DNA from: Eubacteriales bacterium
GTDB taxonomy: Bacteria; Bacillota; Clostridia; Oscillospirales; CAG-272
Assembly: GCA_045594085.1 (NCBI GenBank)
Contig: JAZNXW010000004.1
Span: forward strand, 230,849 to 294,848
Length of the DNA: 64,000 bases
Reading direction: 5' to 3'
The notes beneath the pieces were generated by a model. That model saw nothing but the letters and a program-made list of their open reading frames with translations, made no database searches and was not told the origin of the DNA. Positions 38,217-48,206 of the stretch are shown here, piece after piece (within the stretch, counting starts at the first letter, position 1; each line of letters opens with the position of its first letter). The position numbers were made by a program, and so were the translations under genes.

Positions 38217-38238
38217 TGTTCTTCTTTCTTCACCGAGC

Positions 38239-39162
38239 TTATATCGGAGCGTCGTCAGACCAGATTATGTAGGGCGCGCCCGTTTCATCGAACTGTATCG
38301 TAAGTACGATGTAAGTGGACTTTGCGTAATCGAAGGGCTGAGTAAAGGGATCTCCCCATCTGTCACCGAAGTAGAGATATTCGGTCACGCCGTCGCGCTC
38401 GACGGGGAGCACGAATGCGGGCTGACTGAAATAGGTCTTTTTGTCACCGAAGTTGCGCAGGAGCGCCCATTTTCCGTCCATTGAATCGGAAACAGACCAG
38501 CACCCCTGATTCGGCGCCCAACCCGTGCAGAACGAGGAGAGCATATAGTACTTGCCTTCCTTTTTGAATATGGCGGGGGCTTCTCTGTATTCGCCCTGCC
38601 AAAGGACGTTCACAAGCTTATCGACGTTCATAAAATCATCAGCGAGACGGTAGACGTGGAGATCTGCGTTGTCACGCGCTGCGGAAACGAAATATGCAGT
38701 GCCGTCATCATCGAGGAACAGCGTGCAATCGCGGCTCATATGACCGTACGGGTTGAAATGACCGTGATATACGAAATTTCCGTCGGGAGTGTCGCAGGTT
38801 GCGACGCAGCAGGCGGCGTCGTTATAGTCCTTGCCGTTTTCGTAATGTGCCCACATCACGAATTTTCCCGTCAGCTCGCAAAAGAGCACCTTCGGACGCT
38901 CAATGTTGACCTTGCCGCCGTGCGGTGCACGGAGCTTGAGTCCCGTGCGGACGCGGTAGGGCTTGCAGACGCTGTTTACAGTAAGGATGTGATTGCGGAA
39001 TTCCCACGTTTTGAGGTCGGTGGAGCGGTAGCAGGAGACGTAGTTGCCGTCTGTACGATCCTCGCCGTACCAATAGTAAAATCCGTCGTGACGGATGATG
39101 TAACCGCCGTGAGCGTGGAGGATGTTTCCGTTTGTGTCGCAGATAAACTGACCGTTTTTCAT
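38239..39162 (-). CDS. glycoside hydrolase family 43 (resembles exo-beta-1,3-galactanase-type GH43)
   Basis: HAHGGYIIRHDGFYYWYGEDR, FERPKV-like IERPKV and EAPAIFKKEGKYYML. Start trimmed to ATG 39162 after GGAGG, which avoids overlap with GH2. Confidence 0.8.
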   Translation of the reverse strand: MKNGQFICDTNGNILHAHGGYIIRHDGFYYWYGEDRTDGNYVSCYRSTDLKTWEFRNHILTVNSVCKPYRVRTGLKLRAPHGGKVNIERPKVLFCELTGKFVMWAHYENGKDYNDAACCVATCDTPDGNFVYHGHFNPYGHMSRDCTLFLDDDGTAYFVSAARDNADLHVYRLADDFMNVDKLVNVLWQGEYREAPAIFKKEGKYYMLSSFCTGWAPNQGCWSVSDSMDGKWALLRNFGDKKTYFSQPAFVLPVERDGVTEYLYFGDRWGDPFTQPFDYAKSTYIVLTIQFDETGAPYIIWSDDAPI

Positions 39163-39181
39163 TTTAGCCTCCGTTTGATCG

Positions 39182-42100
39182 TTATTTGTTGAATTTGATC
39201 TCGAACAGGTCGAAATCAACGCCGGGAAGGAATACGAGATCTGCCGTTACGGTGCCTGAAAGTTCGACGGGAACAGTAACAGAGTCCTCGCTCTTCGTGA
39301 AATCGAGTGCGTAGAGCTCGTCACCGACGGTAAGACGGATGGAGTCGCGATCATTTCTCGTTACAGCCTTGACTGTTACGGAGCTTGCGCCTTCTCCGAG
39401 ATCAAGATCGGAGAAGCGTACCGTTACGTTGTTTCCGATGCCGTAAATGCCGTCCTCGCGCTTTTCGTATGCGTCACCGTAAACGACGTCGCAATCTGCG
39501 GCACAGATGCCGTCAAAAGCGCGAAGCTTTTTGTTAAATCCGAAGCAGCCGAAAACGATCGGATAAGTGAAAGTGAACTTGAGATCGCGAATGCCGGTCA
39601 GAACGGTGTCGAGCTGATATTCGGAGGTTGAATACGTGTACCAGACGTTGGACGCGGTAAATCCGTAGGTGCCGAGATGAGTCTTGCCGCCGTCAGTTAC
39701 GTCATATACGGAGAAGAGCATATTCTGAACGTGGACACGCATCATCGTAATAAAGAAGCTGTCGGAGCCGTCCTTGCCGAAATCGATCTTGCGGAAAACA
39801 GCGTGCGCGTCCTTATCGAAGAAGCGGATTCCGCCCTCGGACTCCTGTGCGTGCTTGTAAGTTTCCTCATAGGAGTTCAGCATTGCGGGAACAGAGCGGT
39901 AAGGATCGATATGATATTCACCGATTCCCTCTGCAGTGAAGCATATCTCGGACCAGATAGCCTCATAGGGAGTATCATTCTTGGAAGAAACGCGTATGCG
40001 GAATTCACCGTCTGCAAGCGCGGTCACTGTAACGCCGGCGTCTGTGACGTCAAGCGTTACGCCGTCTGTGACGACACCGCGGGAGAAGGCGCGCCACTGC
40101 ACGTCTGTTATTGTTGCATTTTCGGGATAACGCTTGAGAGTGAGCTTTGCGGAGGGCGCATCCTTGGTGAGGACGCGGCTGCCGTCTAAGGAAAGCTCAA
40201 GCTTGCGGAGAGGTATTTCATGCGACACGGGAGATATCTCGCATCTGTCGATGATCTCGATTCCCTCGGGGATCTCTGCGGGAATCGCATCAAGCGTTAC
40301 GGAAGCGTCGGGCAGAGCAGGAGAAGAAACGGTGACATTGATCTTTCCGGCTTTGCCGTTGGAGGCGATGATTGCCATAAGTCTGCCCGAGAAGAGACGT
40401 CGGGACGTACACTTGTAGGGCTCATAATCTGTGGAGTCACCGTTGTCCAGGCCGATAAGTCTGCCCGCACCGGAAACGGAAACGTTCATTCTCGAGCGTC
40501 CGTTGCCGACGAAAACGCCGTTTTCATCGACTGTGGAGATCGCGACGTAGATAAGGTCGCGTCCGTCTGCGCGCATTTCGGCCTTTTCGGGCTCAAGAAC
40601 GATTCTTACGGGATCACCGAACGAGCTTACCTCGTCACGTGCGACAACGTTGCCGTTTTCATCGTATGCGACGGCGGTCAGCGCGCCTTTGACATAGGGA
40701 ATCTTATAAAATTCGGAGATCTGCATACCGGAAACGGTATGATCGTGATCGAAGCTGCCAACGAGCGTGCCGTTACAGTAAAGCTCGCTTCTTGCGGCAT
40801 TGGTGTGAACTGTCACGTCAATGATCTCGCCCTCGTTGAAATCCCAGACGGAGGGGGTTATGTGCACCATCGGAGAGGTCTTGCCGTCTGTCCATTCTGC
40901 GCGGTATGCGTAATAGGAATCCTTCGGGAAACCCGCAGTGTCGAGCTGACCGAAGTAGGAGTTTTTCGTGTCGTAAGGGGTGGGCTCTCCGATGTAGTCA
41001 AAGCCCGTCCAAATGTACTGTCCCGCGCAATATTCTGCTGCTCTGTCGCGGGTTATGTTGTATTCGGTACAAGGGGACGCCCAAGAGGTCGTGCAGTTGA
41101 AGATAGAGGAGCACTGATGATCCGCGTGGGTGACTGCTTTATCCTCGTAGGGGAAATGATAGATTCCGCGGCTCTGTATCGTCGAGGACGTTTCGGAGCC
41201 GTAGATGCAGAACTGAGGGTGCTTTGCGTGATGTTTATCGTAAAGGGATTCGGCGTAGTTGTAGCCCACGGTGTCTATGAGATAACCGCACTGCTGTCCC
41301 CAATCGGAGCGCATATGATTGGAGCCGATCGTGACGGCGGCGTTTCTTCTCGGGTCGTGGATGCGGACCTCGGCGGCGAGTGTCGCCGCGACCTCGTATC
41401 CGCGTCTGTTCGTCGTGTCACCGATCTCGTTGCCTATGCTCCACATAATTACGCACGGATGGTTGCGGTCGCGCTTGATCCAGGATTCGACGTCGCGGCG
41501 GTACCAATCCTTAAAGAAGCACGCGTAGTCGTATCTTGTCTTATTGTGCTCCCACATATCGAACGCCTCGTCGATGATGACGATGCCAAGCTCATCGCAA
41601 AGCTCAACAAGCTCGACGGCGGGCATATTGTGAGAGGTGCGGATCGAATTCACTCCCATCGTTTTGAGCTTTTCGATCTTGCGGCGGAGCGCGTTTTCGT
41701 TGACGGCGGAGCCGAGTGCACCGTTATCGTGATGCTCGCAGACGCCGTGAAGCTTGTATGGACGTCCGTTGAGGATGAAGCCTCTGTTGCAGTCGAATTC
41801 GGCTGTTCTAAATCCGAATTTGTTTTCGGTGCGATCGACAAGTGCGCCGTCTATGTAATATTCCGTGAGAAGTGTGTAGCGGTAAGGATCAACGGGATCC
41901 CACAGACGGGGAGAGGAAACGTACATTATAACGGAATCGCCCTCTGCCTTGGCGATCTCGGATCCGTCTTCTGTGAGAATCGTGCTTACGATGGTGCCCT
42001 TGCCGATCTTTTCCGTATCGATGTGAACCTTCCAGCCGTCACCTGACTTCATAGCGGAGATGTATACTCCGTCTGAGGGCAGACGCGCCTCATCTGCGGT

Positions 42101-42517
42101 GATGAGCCATACGCGGCGGTAGATGCCCGCGCCCGAATACCAACGTGTGTTTGTATCGCGGTAAACGCAGCGCACCGCGATCACGTTCTCGCCCTCTTTG
42201 AGCGCGGATGTGATGTCGGCTTCAAACGTGGAATAGCCGTATTTCCATTCAAAAACGGGTTCGCCGTTGACAAAAACGGTGGAATCCATATATACGCCCT
42301 CGAAGCGGAGAATATATATTCTTCCGTCGGGCTTGTGATTGAGCACGCGTTTGTACCAGCCCTCTCCGTCGCGGTAGAGAGCGTTGACGTCGTAGATCAT
42401 ATAGTCGTGGGGGATCTCAACGGGAGTGAACTCGCCCGAAAGAGCGTCCTCGTAGGGGGTATCGAGCGGAGCTTCGCGGAAGCTCCAGCCGTCGCAGAAA
42501 AGCTTGCGTTCTGTCAT
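39182..42517 (-). CDS. glycoside hydrolase family 2 (beta-galactosidase-like) with long C-terminal accessory domains
   Basis: GH2 sugar-binding N-domain, NSIRTSHNMPAVELVELCDELGIVIIDEAFDMW and WSIGNEI (acid/base region). 1111 aa. Confidence 0.9.
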   Translation of the reverse strand: MTERKLFCDGWSFREAPLDTPYEDALSGEFTPVEIPHDYMIYDVNALYRDGEGWYKRVLNHKPDGRIYILRFEGVYMDSTVFVNGEPVFEWKYGYSTFEADITSALKEGENVIAVRCVYRDTNTRWYSGAGIYRRVWLITADEARLPSDGVYISAMKSGDGWKVHIDTEKIGKGTIVSTILTEDGSEIAKAEGDSVIMYVSSPRLWDPVDPYRYTLLTEYYIDGALVDRTENKFGFRTAEFDCNRGFILNGRPYKLHGVCEHHDNGALGSAVNENALRRKIEKLKTMGVNSIRTSHNMPAVELVELCDELGIVIIDEAFDMWEHNKTRYDYACFFKDWYRRDVESWIKRDRNHPCVIMWSIGNEIGDTTNRRGYEVAATLAAEVRIHDPRRNAAVTIGSNHMRSDWGQQCGYLIDTVGYNYAESLYDKHHAKHPQFCIYGSETSSTIQSRGIYHFPYEDKAVTHADHQCSSIFNCTTSWASPCTEYNITRDRAAEYCAGQYIWTGFDYIGEPTPYDTKNSYFGQLDTAGFPKDSYYAYRAEWTDGKTSPMVHITPSVWDFNEGEIIDVTVHTNAARSELYCNGTLVGSFDHDHTVSGMQISEFYKIPYVKGALTAVAYDENGNVVARDEVSSFGDPVRIVLEPEKAEMRADGRDLIYVAISTVDENGVFVGNGRSRMNVSVSGAGRLIGLDNGDSTDYEPYKCTSRRLFSGRLMAIIASNGKAGKINVTVSSPALPDASVTLDAIPAEIPEGIEIIDRCEISPVSHEIPLRKLELSLDGSRVLTKDAPSAKLTLKRYPENATITDVQWRAFSRGVVTDGVTLDVTDAGVTVTALADGEFRIRVSSKNDTPYEAIWSEICFTAEGIGEYHIDPYRSVPAMLNSYEETYKHAQESEGGIRFFDKDAHAVFRKIDFGKDGSDSFFITMMRVHVQNMLFSVYDVTDGGKTHLGTYGFTASNVWYTYSTSEYQLDTVLTGIRDLKFTFTYPIVFGCFGFNKKLRAFDGICAADCDVVYGDAYEKREDGIYGIGNNVTVRFSDLDLGEGASSVTVKAVTRNDRDSIRLTVGDELYALDFTKSEDSVTVPVELSGTVTADLVFLPGVDFDLFEIKFNK

Positions 42518-42888
42518 AGTGCACCTTTGTTAGATTGCTATAATAATGGTTAGGATATGACATATCCGTTAAAGTCATTATACCATTTATTTTCATAAGA
42601 TGCTACAATTTTTGTGAATTTGAAAAATATTTGAAAAAACAAGATATCGTGTTTCACAAAAGAAAAAATCCGACATCTTGATGCGTAGCGCTTGACAAAA
42701 AAAATGGTTGGATGTTATCATATAAATGTAAAAGATATGTTATATGCAGATATCGCAATTTACAAGCGATAAGAAATATGGGAGATTGTGAAATTGTAAA
42801 AATACGAAATGATCTACCTAAGTCGAAGTCTAATTTGTAACGGTATCGGCATTGTTTTTTACAATACTAAAAATGTTGGAGGTTGATT

Positions 42889-43419
42889 ATGAAAAAAAAC
42901 AAGAGAATCAAGTATAAGATCTTGATTATGTGTCTTTCGGTGATTATGTTGTTGCAAAGCTTTACCACGGTTTCGTACGCGGCAAATACATATGAACCGC
43001 AGGAGTATTTCCGTTTTATTGAATCGAATGCTCGTATGGATTCAAGCGGAAATTTTGAAGTCTATTTTTATGTAAGTGTAGATTCGGATGTTTTTATTCC
43101 TAATTCGAATGAAATGTATGTATATACATATATACGTATGTTTAACGAAGCGACTAATTCAGTCTTTACTGGAAGTGATGTTGTCGACATTGAAGATTTC
43201 CAATATACTGTAACTTTATATAAAATAGGTTTTCTTGGCATTTGCGTAGCCAAAGATTCTTATACCGGTGTTGCGGATGGTGGTTTTTATTATGGTAATT
43301 TTGAAGTAGAAGCAGGTGACCGATATTTCATCACTATTAAAAGGTCAAGCGACATTAATAGCGGAACCGGATTGTATTTTGATGGAACCGGAAAAGTTGG
43401 AAACGTTACGTTGGAGTAA
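42889..43419 (+). CDS. secreted protein, function unknown (AT-rich gene)
   Basis: ATG 42889 lies 6 nt after GGAGG. Signal peptide KILIMCLSVIMLLQSFTTVSYA. The mature part is beta-rich with no recognised motif. Confidence 0.6.
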   Translation: MKKNKRIKYKILIMCLSVIMLLQSFTTVSYAANTYEPQEYFRFIESNARMDSSGNFEVYFYVSVDSDVFIPNSNEMYVYTYIRMFNEATNSVFTGSDVVDIEDFQYTVTLYKIGFLGICVAKDSYTGVADGGFYYGNFEVEAGDRYFITIKRSSDINSGTGLYFDGTGKVGNVTLE

Positions 43420-43443
43420 TGATAAATGGAGTAATGATAAATT

Positions 43444-43929
43444 ATGAATAAGAAATTATCTTTAACGGTAACGATTGTAACGGTTGTGTATGTTTTGATA
43501 TTGATTGCGTTTTTGTTTTTGTTGAGAGTTAGATTTGCGGACGCGCAATTACCGTTTGTGGACTATGTCAAATCACATACTAATCTTATTCCGTTTGTGA
43601 CTCTCCGAGAGTACGTAAGAAGACTGGCTGCCGATACAATAAATGTCGAGACCGTGATTTATAATGTTGTCGTCAATATTGTTTTGTTTATTCCTTTCGG
43701 ATTTATTTTTCCGTTCTTCTTTGAAAAGCTGAGAAAGTTCTTACCGTATGCCGCCGTTTCTGCGGCGTCGGTTGTCGCAGTTGAGATAATGCAGCTTCTT
43801 CTTAGGTGCGGAAGCTTTGACGTGGATGATATTATTCTCAACCTCGTCGGAGCTGCGATCGGATTCGGTGTGTTTTTGATTTTGAAAAAAGTCAATGATA
43901 TAAAGACGGGTTCGGGAGTCGCCGAATAA
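43444..43929 (+). CDS. VanZ-family membrane protein
   Basis: NLIPFVTLREY, NIVLFIPFGFIFPFFF and FDVDDIILNLVGAAIGFGVF are VanZ-like motifs. 161 aa. Confidence 0.8.
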   Translation: MNKKLSLTVTIVTVVYVLILIAFLFLLRVRFADAQLPFVDYVKSHTNLIPFVTLREYVRRLAADTINVETVIYNVVVNIVLFIPFGFIFPFFFEKLRKFLPYAAVSAASVVAVEIMQLLLRCGSFDVDDIILNLVGAAIGFGVFLILKKVNDIKTGSGVAE

Positions 43930-43939
43930 CTGTTGCACT

Positions 43940-43980
43940 AAAAAATGTGCGTATGCCTGTTGGGTATACGCACATTTTTG
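43940..43980. terminator. bidirectional terminator
   Basis: ATGTGCGTAT (43945-43954) / ATACGCACAT (43966-43975) stem with A/T-runs. Confidence 0.7.
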
Positions 43981-43983
43981 TTG

Positions 43984-44199
43984 TTATATTGTTGCCGGAC
44001 CGGATTCTATTGAATTTATCAGCCTCTGCATTTCAGCCTTTGTGCGGACATTTTTCGCCCGTTTGATGATCTCGTCCTGTTCGGCAACAGAGAGATTTGT
44101 GAATCGCACGAGCGCGTCTATGTCCTGAGCAAATGCCATCGTGAGCCCCGACGGGAGAGGCTCATAGACGTCGGGTGAATGTTTATCGTAACCGTCCAT
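43984..44199 (-). CDS. small hypothetical protein (71 aa)
   Basis: Only an ORF plus a downstream terminator. The RBS is weak and no motif was recognised. Confidence 0.35.
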   Translation of the reverse strand: MDGYDKHSPDVYEPLPSGLTMAFAQDIDALVRFTNLSVAEQDEIIKRAKNVRTKAEMQRLINSIESGPATI

Positions 44200-44292
44200 G
44201 TAACAAATACCGTCCTTCCCGGGACAAAAGAAGTCCCCGACAGTATTTTTTCCGTCGGGGACTTTTCATATTCGAGGTAAAAAGTGAGAGCG

Positions 44293-45333
44293 TCAGAGAT
44301 TGTTCTTGATGAAATCGAGCATTCCGTATCCGACCCATTCGTGGATACCGCCGTGTACGGAATGAAGAAGTTTCTCCTCAGCGCCGAAGATGCCGTACGC
44401 GACTCGCGCGATGCTGACCTGTGAGAGGACGTTTTCAATGCCGGTGGCTCCGTTTAGATGGTCGTTTGTTCCGGACTCGATAAAGAACGGACGCGGTGCG
44501 ATCATCGCACCGATGTCGCCCATATCGACTGTTTCGTACAGATACGGAGCGAAATTGCAGCCGCAGTTTGCGGGCTGAAGCATAAGCGCATCACGGAAGC
44601 CGTAAAAGTAACCGCTCGTGATGGCAAGCGCGATGCGCCTGTCGAGTGCGGCTGCGTATATGGTCTGCATACCGCCTCCGCTCATTCCTGCGCATCCGAT
44701 GCGGCAGGGATCTATCCCGTCGCGCACGGACAGAAAATCAACGAGACGCATAATGTCCCAGACCATGCCGCCGAGAGGGGTGATGCCGAGACATATTTCC
44801 GCGTTAAGCATCTCGCGGTGGGAGGTCGCGCCCTCCATGCCGTCCTTTTGCTGTCCTTTTTCGCGGCGCTCACCCGCGCCTCTTGCGTCGGGTGCGGCAA
44901 CGTGATATCCGTTACGTGCAAGCATCACGCCGAACGATTCGGGGCGACCCGAAAGTGAGCCGTCCGAGGAGGAGAAGCCGAGGTACAGATCCTTGCCGCC
45001 GCCGTGACCGTGAGGATTTATCATCGCAGCCCCGTTGGGCGCGTCCGGCACGAGTAGATAAAACGGCATGAACACCGTCGGCTCCGTTTCGATCAGCCAT
45101 TTCTCGCGCACAAATCCGCCGCCGTGCTCGTTTGCGTCGAAGCGGACGGATTCAAGCAGAGTCGGGTTCGGATCAACTGGCAGACAGCGAGTGAGTCCGA
45201 TCACCTCAGAGAGGCGTGAAGAAACCACCTCGTACCACGCCTCGTGCTCGGCTTTTGTCGTCGCATTGTGCGCGTACTGCCTGCCGAAGCGCTCGTATCT
45301 CAGCTTCATATATTCTTCGGTCGTATAAAACAT
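44293..45333 (-). CDS. alpha/beta hydrolase (putative carbohydrate esterase)
   Basis: Nucleophile elbow GCAGMSGGG, with PHGHGGG and later His/Asp candidates. 346 aa with no signal peptide. Confidence 0.75.
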   Translation of the reverse strand: MFYTTEEYMKLRYERFGRQYAHNATTKAEHEAWYEVVSSRLSEVIGLTRCLPVDPNPTLLESVRFDANEHGGGFVREKWLIETEPTVFMPFYLLVPDAPNGAAMINPHGHGGGKDLYLGFSSSDGSLSGRPESFGVMLARNGYHVAAPDARGAGERREKGQQKDGMEGATSHREMLNAEICLGITPLGGMVWDIMRLVDFLSVRDGIDPCRIGCAGMSGGGMQTIYAAALDRRIALAITSGYFYGFRDALMLQPANCGCNFAPYLYETVDMGDIGAMIAPRPFFIESGTNDHLNGATGIENVLSQVSIARVAYGIFGAEEKLLHSVHGGIHEWVGYGMLDFIKNNL

Positions 45334-45357
45334 GACGCGAGACTCCTTGAGTTAAGC

Positions 45358-46686
45358 TTATTCGTCGTCTTCCTGATCGTAGATGTTCTGAAGTACAGTT
45401 GATATTGCGGTGCCGTTCAGAACGTCGCGGATCGCCTGCTGATGCTCTGCCATAGTCTCCGAAAAGACGGAATAACCGTCGTTGTTTGCTACGAAATAGT
45501 AGTAATCAGTGTCCTTCGGATAAAGCGCGTATGTGATCGCGTTATATCCGGGGTTGGAGATGGGGCCGGGAGGCAGCCCGCGGTTGTGATAGGTGTTGTA
45601 GGGGGAGTCGTAAGTCGTTTCCGTCAGATTTTCGGGCCGCTCACCCGTGGCGTGAAGGATCGCGTACACGATCGTTGCGTCGGAATCGAGATAGGGATAG
45701 TAGGCTTTGTTTTTGAGTCTGTTGTGGAAAACGGAGGAGACGAGCGAGAACTCGGAAAGATAACCCGCCTCACACTCGACGAGCGATGCCATAATGATGA
45801 TCTCATCAACAGTGTAACCGAGATCGTCCGCAACGTCGCGGTAGGTTTCGGGGAATTTGGATTCGAAGTTGGCGAGAAGCTTTGCAATCGCCTCGACCTC
45901 GGTGGTGTCTGTGTAGAAATAGTACGTGTCGGGGTACAGATAACCGTCGAGACGGTAGAAGCGGTCTTCTGAATAGCCGTTTTCCATGAGCTCGTCAACG
46001 AACCAGAAGCTGTAATCCTCGCTCCAGTTGTATTCGTTGATGGCGTGAACGAAGCCCTCGTGCGTGCCGATGCCGTTTTCAAGGAAACGATCGATGATCT
46101 CGTCCGTAGTGAAGCCCTCGGGGAAGGTGATGGATACGATCTCACGGGTGTATACGGACTTGAACGATGCAAGCAGGTCGTCGTAGCTGAGTGTGGAGGA
46201 GAGGGTGTAGTCGCCGGCGATGAACTCGCCGTCGTCCTTGCCGATGGAGGCATAGATGCGGAAGATCTCGGGATACGAGATGAGTCCGTTTTCGTACAGA
46301 AGCTCGCTTATGTCGTTGATCGTTGCAAGTTCGGGCACTGTAAGCTCAACTATTTTTTCTTCTTTTTTGAATGCGAACACGTCGTTGGCGATCGGAATAA
46401 CGGCGAATATCGCGATGCAGATACCGATCGCGATAACGGCGAAGATGTAGACGACGCTTTTTATCAGTCCGACGACAGTTCCCGTGACGGCACGGCTCGC
46501 CGCAGATTCGCCTTTTTGCTTTTTCGGCGCGTCCTCTTCTTCTGTCGCGGTGACGGGACGGCTTTTCTTTTTGCCCTTGAGTCCTTTCAAGAAAGCAGCC
46601 ATTTTGCTGCCTTTTTCGGATTTTGTCGTTGATACGGCAGAGTCGGACTTATCGATACGGGAATTTTTTTCGGGAGTGTTGTTCAT
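45358..46686 (-). CDS. mltG: endolytic murein transglycosylase MltG (YceG family) with long N-terminal extension
   Basis: C-terminal SPYNTYHNRGLPPGPISNPG and the YceG-like fold. It has an N-terminal basic, low-complexity region plus one TM helix. Confidence 0.9.
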   Translation of the reverse strand: MNNTPEKNSRIDKSDSAVSTTKSEKGSKMAAFLKGLKGKKKSRPVTATEEEDAPKKQKGESAASRAVTGTVVGLIKSVVYIFAVIAIGICIAIFAVIPIANDVFAFKKEEKIVELTVPELATINDISELLYENGLISYPEIFRIYASIGKDDGEFIAGDYTLSSTLSYDDLLASFKSVYTREIVSITFPEGFTTDEIIDRFLENGIGTHEGFVHAINEYNWSEDYSFWFVDELMENGYSEDRFYRLDGYLYPDTYYFYTDTTEVEAIAKLLANFESKFPETYRDVADDLGYTVDEIIIMASLVECEAGYLSEFSLVSSVFHNRLKNKAYYPYLDSDATIVYAILHATGERPENLTETTYDSPYNTYHNRGLPPGPISNPGYNAITYALYPKDTDYYYFVANNDGYSVFSETMAEHQQAIRDVLNGTAISTVLQNIYDQEDDE

Positions 46687-46720
46687 TTTCGATTAGATTC
46701 TCCTTTCGGGAGATTTTATG

Positions 46721-47617
46721 TCAGATCAATACGACAAGGACGAAGATCAGCACACATACGGCAAACGGAACGGAGATGAGCGCCGAGGTAACGGGCGTGC
46801 GTTCGCTTTTTTTGCGTATGTAGGAGCTGTCTGCGCCGAAATTTCCGTAGGATCTGTAAAGACGGTTTGCCTCTCCGAAAAGCAACATAAGCGAAAGGAG
46901 AAGCAGAGAGACCGCAACGAATGAAAAAATTACGATGTTGCGGGGTTGAAGGATGCTGTTCCAGATGTAGTCCTCGAAAAAGAGGCTGAACACGTTGTTG
47001 AGTGTGTGGATTATCATCGGCGCGAGGAGCGAACGGCAAACGTATGCGGAAAGCGCAAGCAGTATGCCCGATATGAAGTAGACGGGGAACAGCTTTATAT
47101 CAAAATGAAGCATTGCGAAGAGCAGGGAGCTGATGAGCACGGCGCTCGCAACTCCGCAGTCCTCGTATTCGGTAAGCACGATGCCGCGGAAGACGAGCTC
47201 CTCGGTAACGGCCGGGAATACGGCAAACGCAAGCGCCGAAAAGATCAGGTCAGTGCCCGCCGGCGCGTCGGGGATGTATGAGGTGTATATGTTCGTTACG
47301 TCAAGCGAGTAATCGAAGATCGAATAGATCGCGAGCTTGATCGCGCACGAAAGAAGCATCAGCGTGACGGAAGCGGTGATAATGAAGGGGACCGCGCCCG
47401 GCTCAAAAAGCTTGACTCTTGCGCGTGCGGCGTATTTTTTGCCGCGCAGACGGAAAAAGAACAGCGCGGGCAGTACGAAGATCAAAAGCTCAATGACGAT
47501 AACGGAGAGATACGGATTTTCGTCTCCCGAGGCGGGGGACCAAAATCCCGACAGCAGGAGAAGCAGATATATAACGGCGACGAGCGCGGGCGCCGCGTTG
47601 ATTCCTTTAATCTTCAA
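46721..47617 (-). CDS. CPBP-family intramembrane glutamic endopeptidase
   Basis: AVTEELVFRG, FAMLHF and IHTLNN motifs in a polytopic protein. Confidence 0.85.
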   Translation of the reverse strand: MKIKGINAAPALVAVIYLLLLLSGFWSPASGDENPYLSVIVIELLIFVLPALFFFRLRGKKYAARARVKLFEPGAVPFIITASVTLMLLSCAIKLAIYSIFDYSLDVTNIYTSYIPDAPAGTDLIFSALAFAVFPAVTEELVFRGIVLTEYEDCGVASAVLISSLLFAMLHFDIKLFPVYFISGILLALSAYVCRSLLAPMIIHTLNNVFSLFFEDYIWNSILQPRNIVIFSFVAVSLLLLSLMLLFGEANRLYRSYGNFGADSSYIRKKSERTPVTSALISVPFAVCVLIFVLVVLI

Positions 47618-48206
47618 CCGTGACCTTCACTCCTTTTTCTGTGATGATGAGTCCCGCCTTGATGTCGTATCTTCCGTGGGGAAGAGACGGAACGATGAAG
47701 TCAGAGAAGACAACGCCGATAACGGATCCGTCATAGGTGTTGAAATATCTGTCGTAGTAGCCGCCGCCGTAGCCGAGGCGGTAGCCCTTTTTGTCGAAGG
47801 CGAGAGCGGGAGTGAACGCGATGGAGGGATGCGGATCGCTTTTGATGTCGTAAAGAGGTGCGTCGTCGGTGGGCTCGAGGATGCCGAAGCTGCCGGGAAC
47901 GAGCTCATCAAGATCTGACACGATGTGATACGTCATATACGAATATCCCTCGGGAGCACGGCGGCATTTCGGAAATGCAACGCGCTTGCCCTCCGAAAGA
48001 GCTGTTCTTGCGAGAGGAAGAACGTCCACCTCAATCTCCTTGGGCGCGTACAGAAGGACCGTTTCCGCGAGTCGGAAGCTGGCGAGGGCGGCTGCGCGGC
48101 GGCAGATCGCGTCGCTCATCTCGCGTATGCGTTCGGGAGAAACGGCGCGACGCTTTTCAAGTATTTTTTCGCGGATCTCCGCCTTTTGATTCTTCATGTA
48201 GCTCAT
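47607..48206 (-). CDS. 5-formyltetrahydrofolate cyclo-ligase
   Basis: GYGGGYYDRY and the EIDVLPL region. Start set at ATG 48206, which overlaps the DJ-1 stop codon (ATGA). Confidence 0.85.
   Translation of the reverse strand: MSYMKNQKAEIREKILEKRRAVSPERIREMSDAICRRAAALASFRLAETVLLYAPKEIEVDVLPLARTALSEGKRVAFPKCRRAPEGYSYMTYHIVSDLDELVPGSFGILEPTDDAPLYDIKSDPHPSIAFTPALAFDKKGYRLGYGGGYYDRYFNTYDGSVIGVVFSDFIVPSLPHGRYDIKAGLIITEKGVKVTVED

Noticed and set aside
42612-42659. TTGTGAA ... TTCACAA inverted repeat resembling a Rex operator.
   Set aside because: The half-sites are separated by 34 nt, whereas Rex boxes have about 4-6 nt between them. It is more likely an incidental AT-rich inverted repeat or hairpin.
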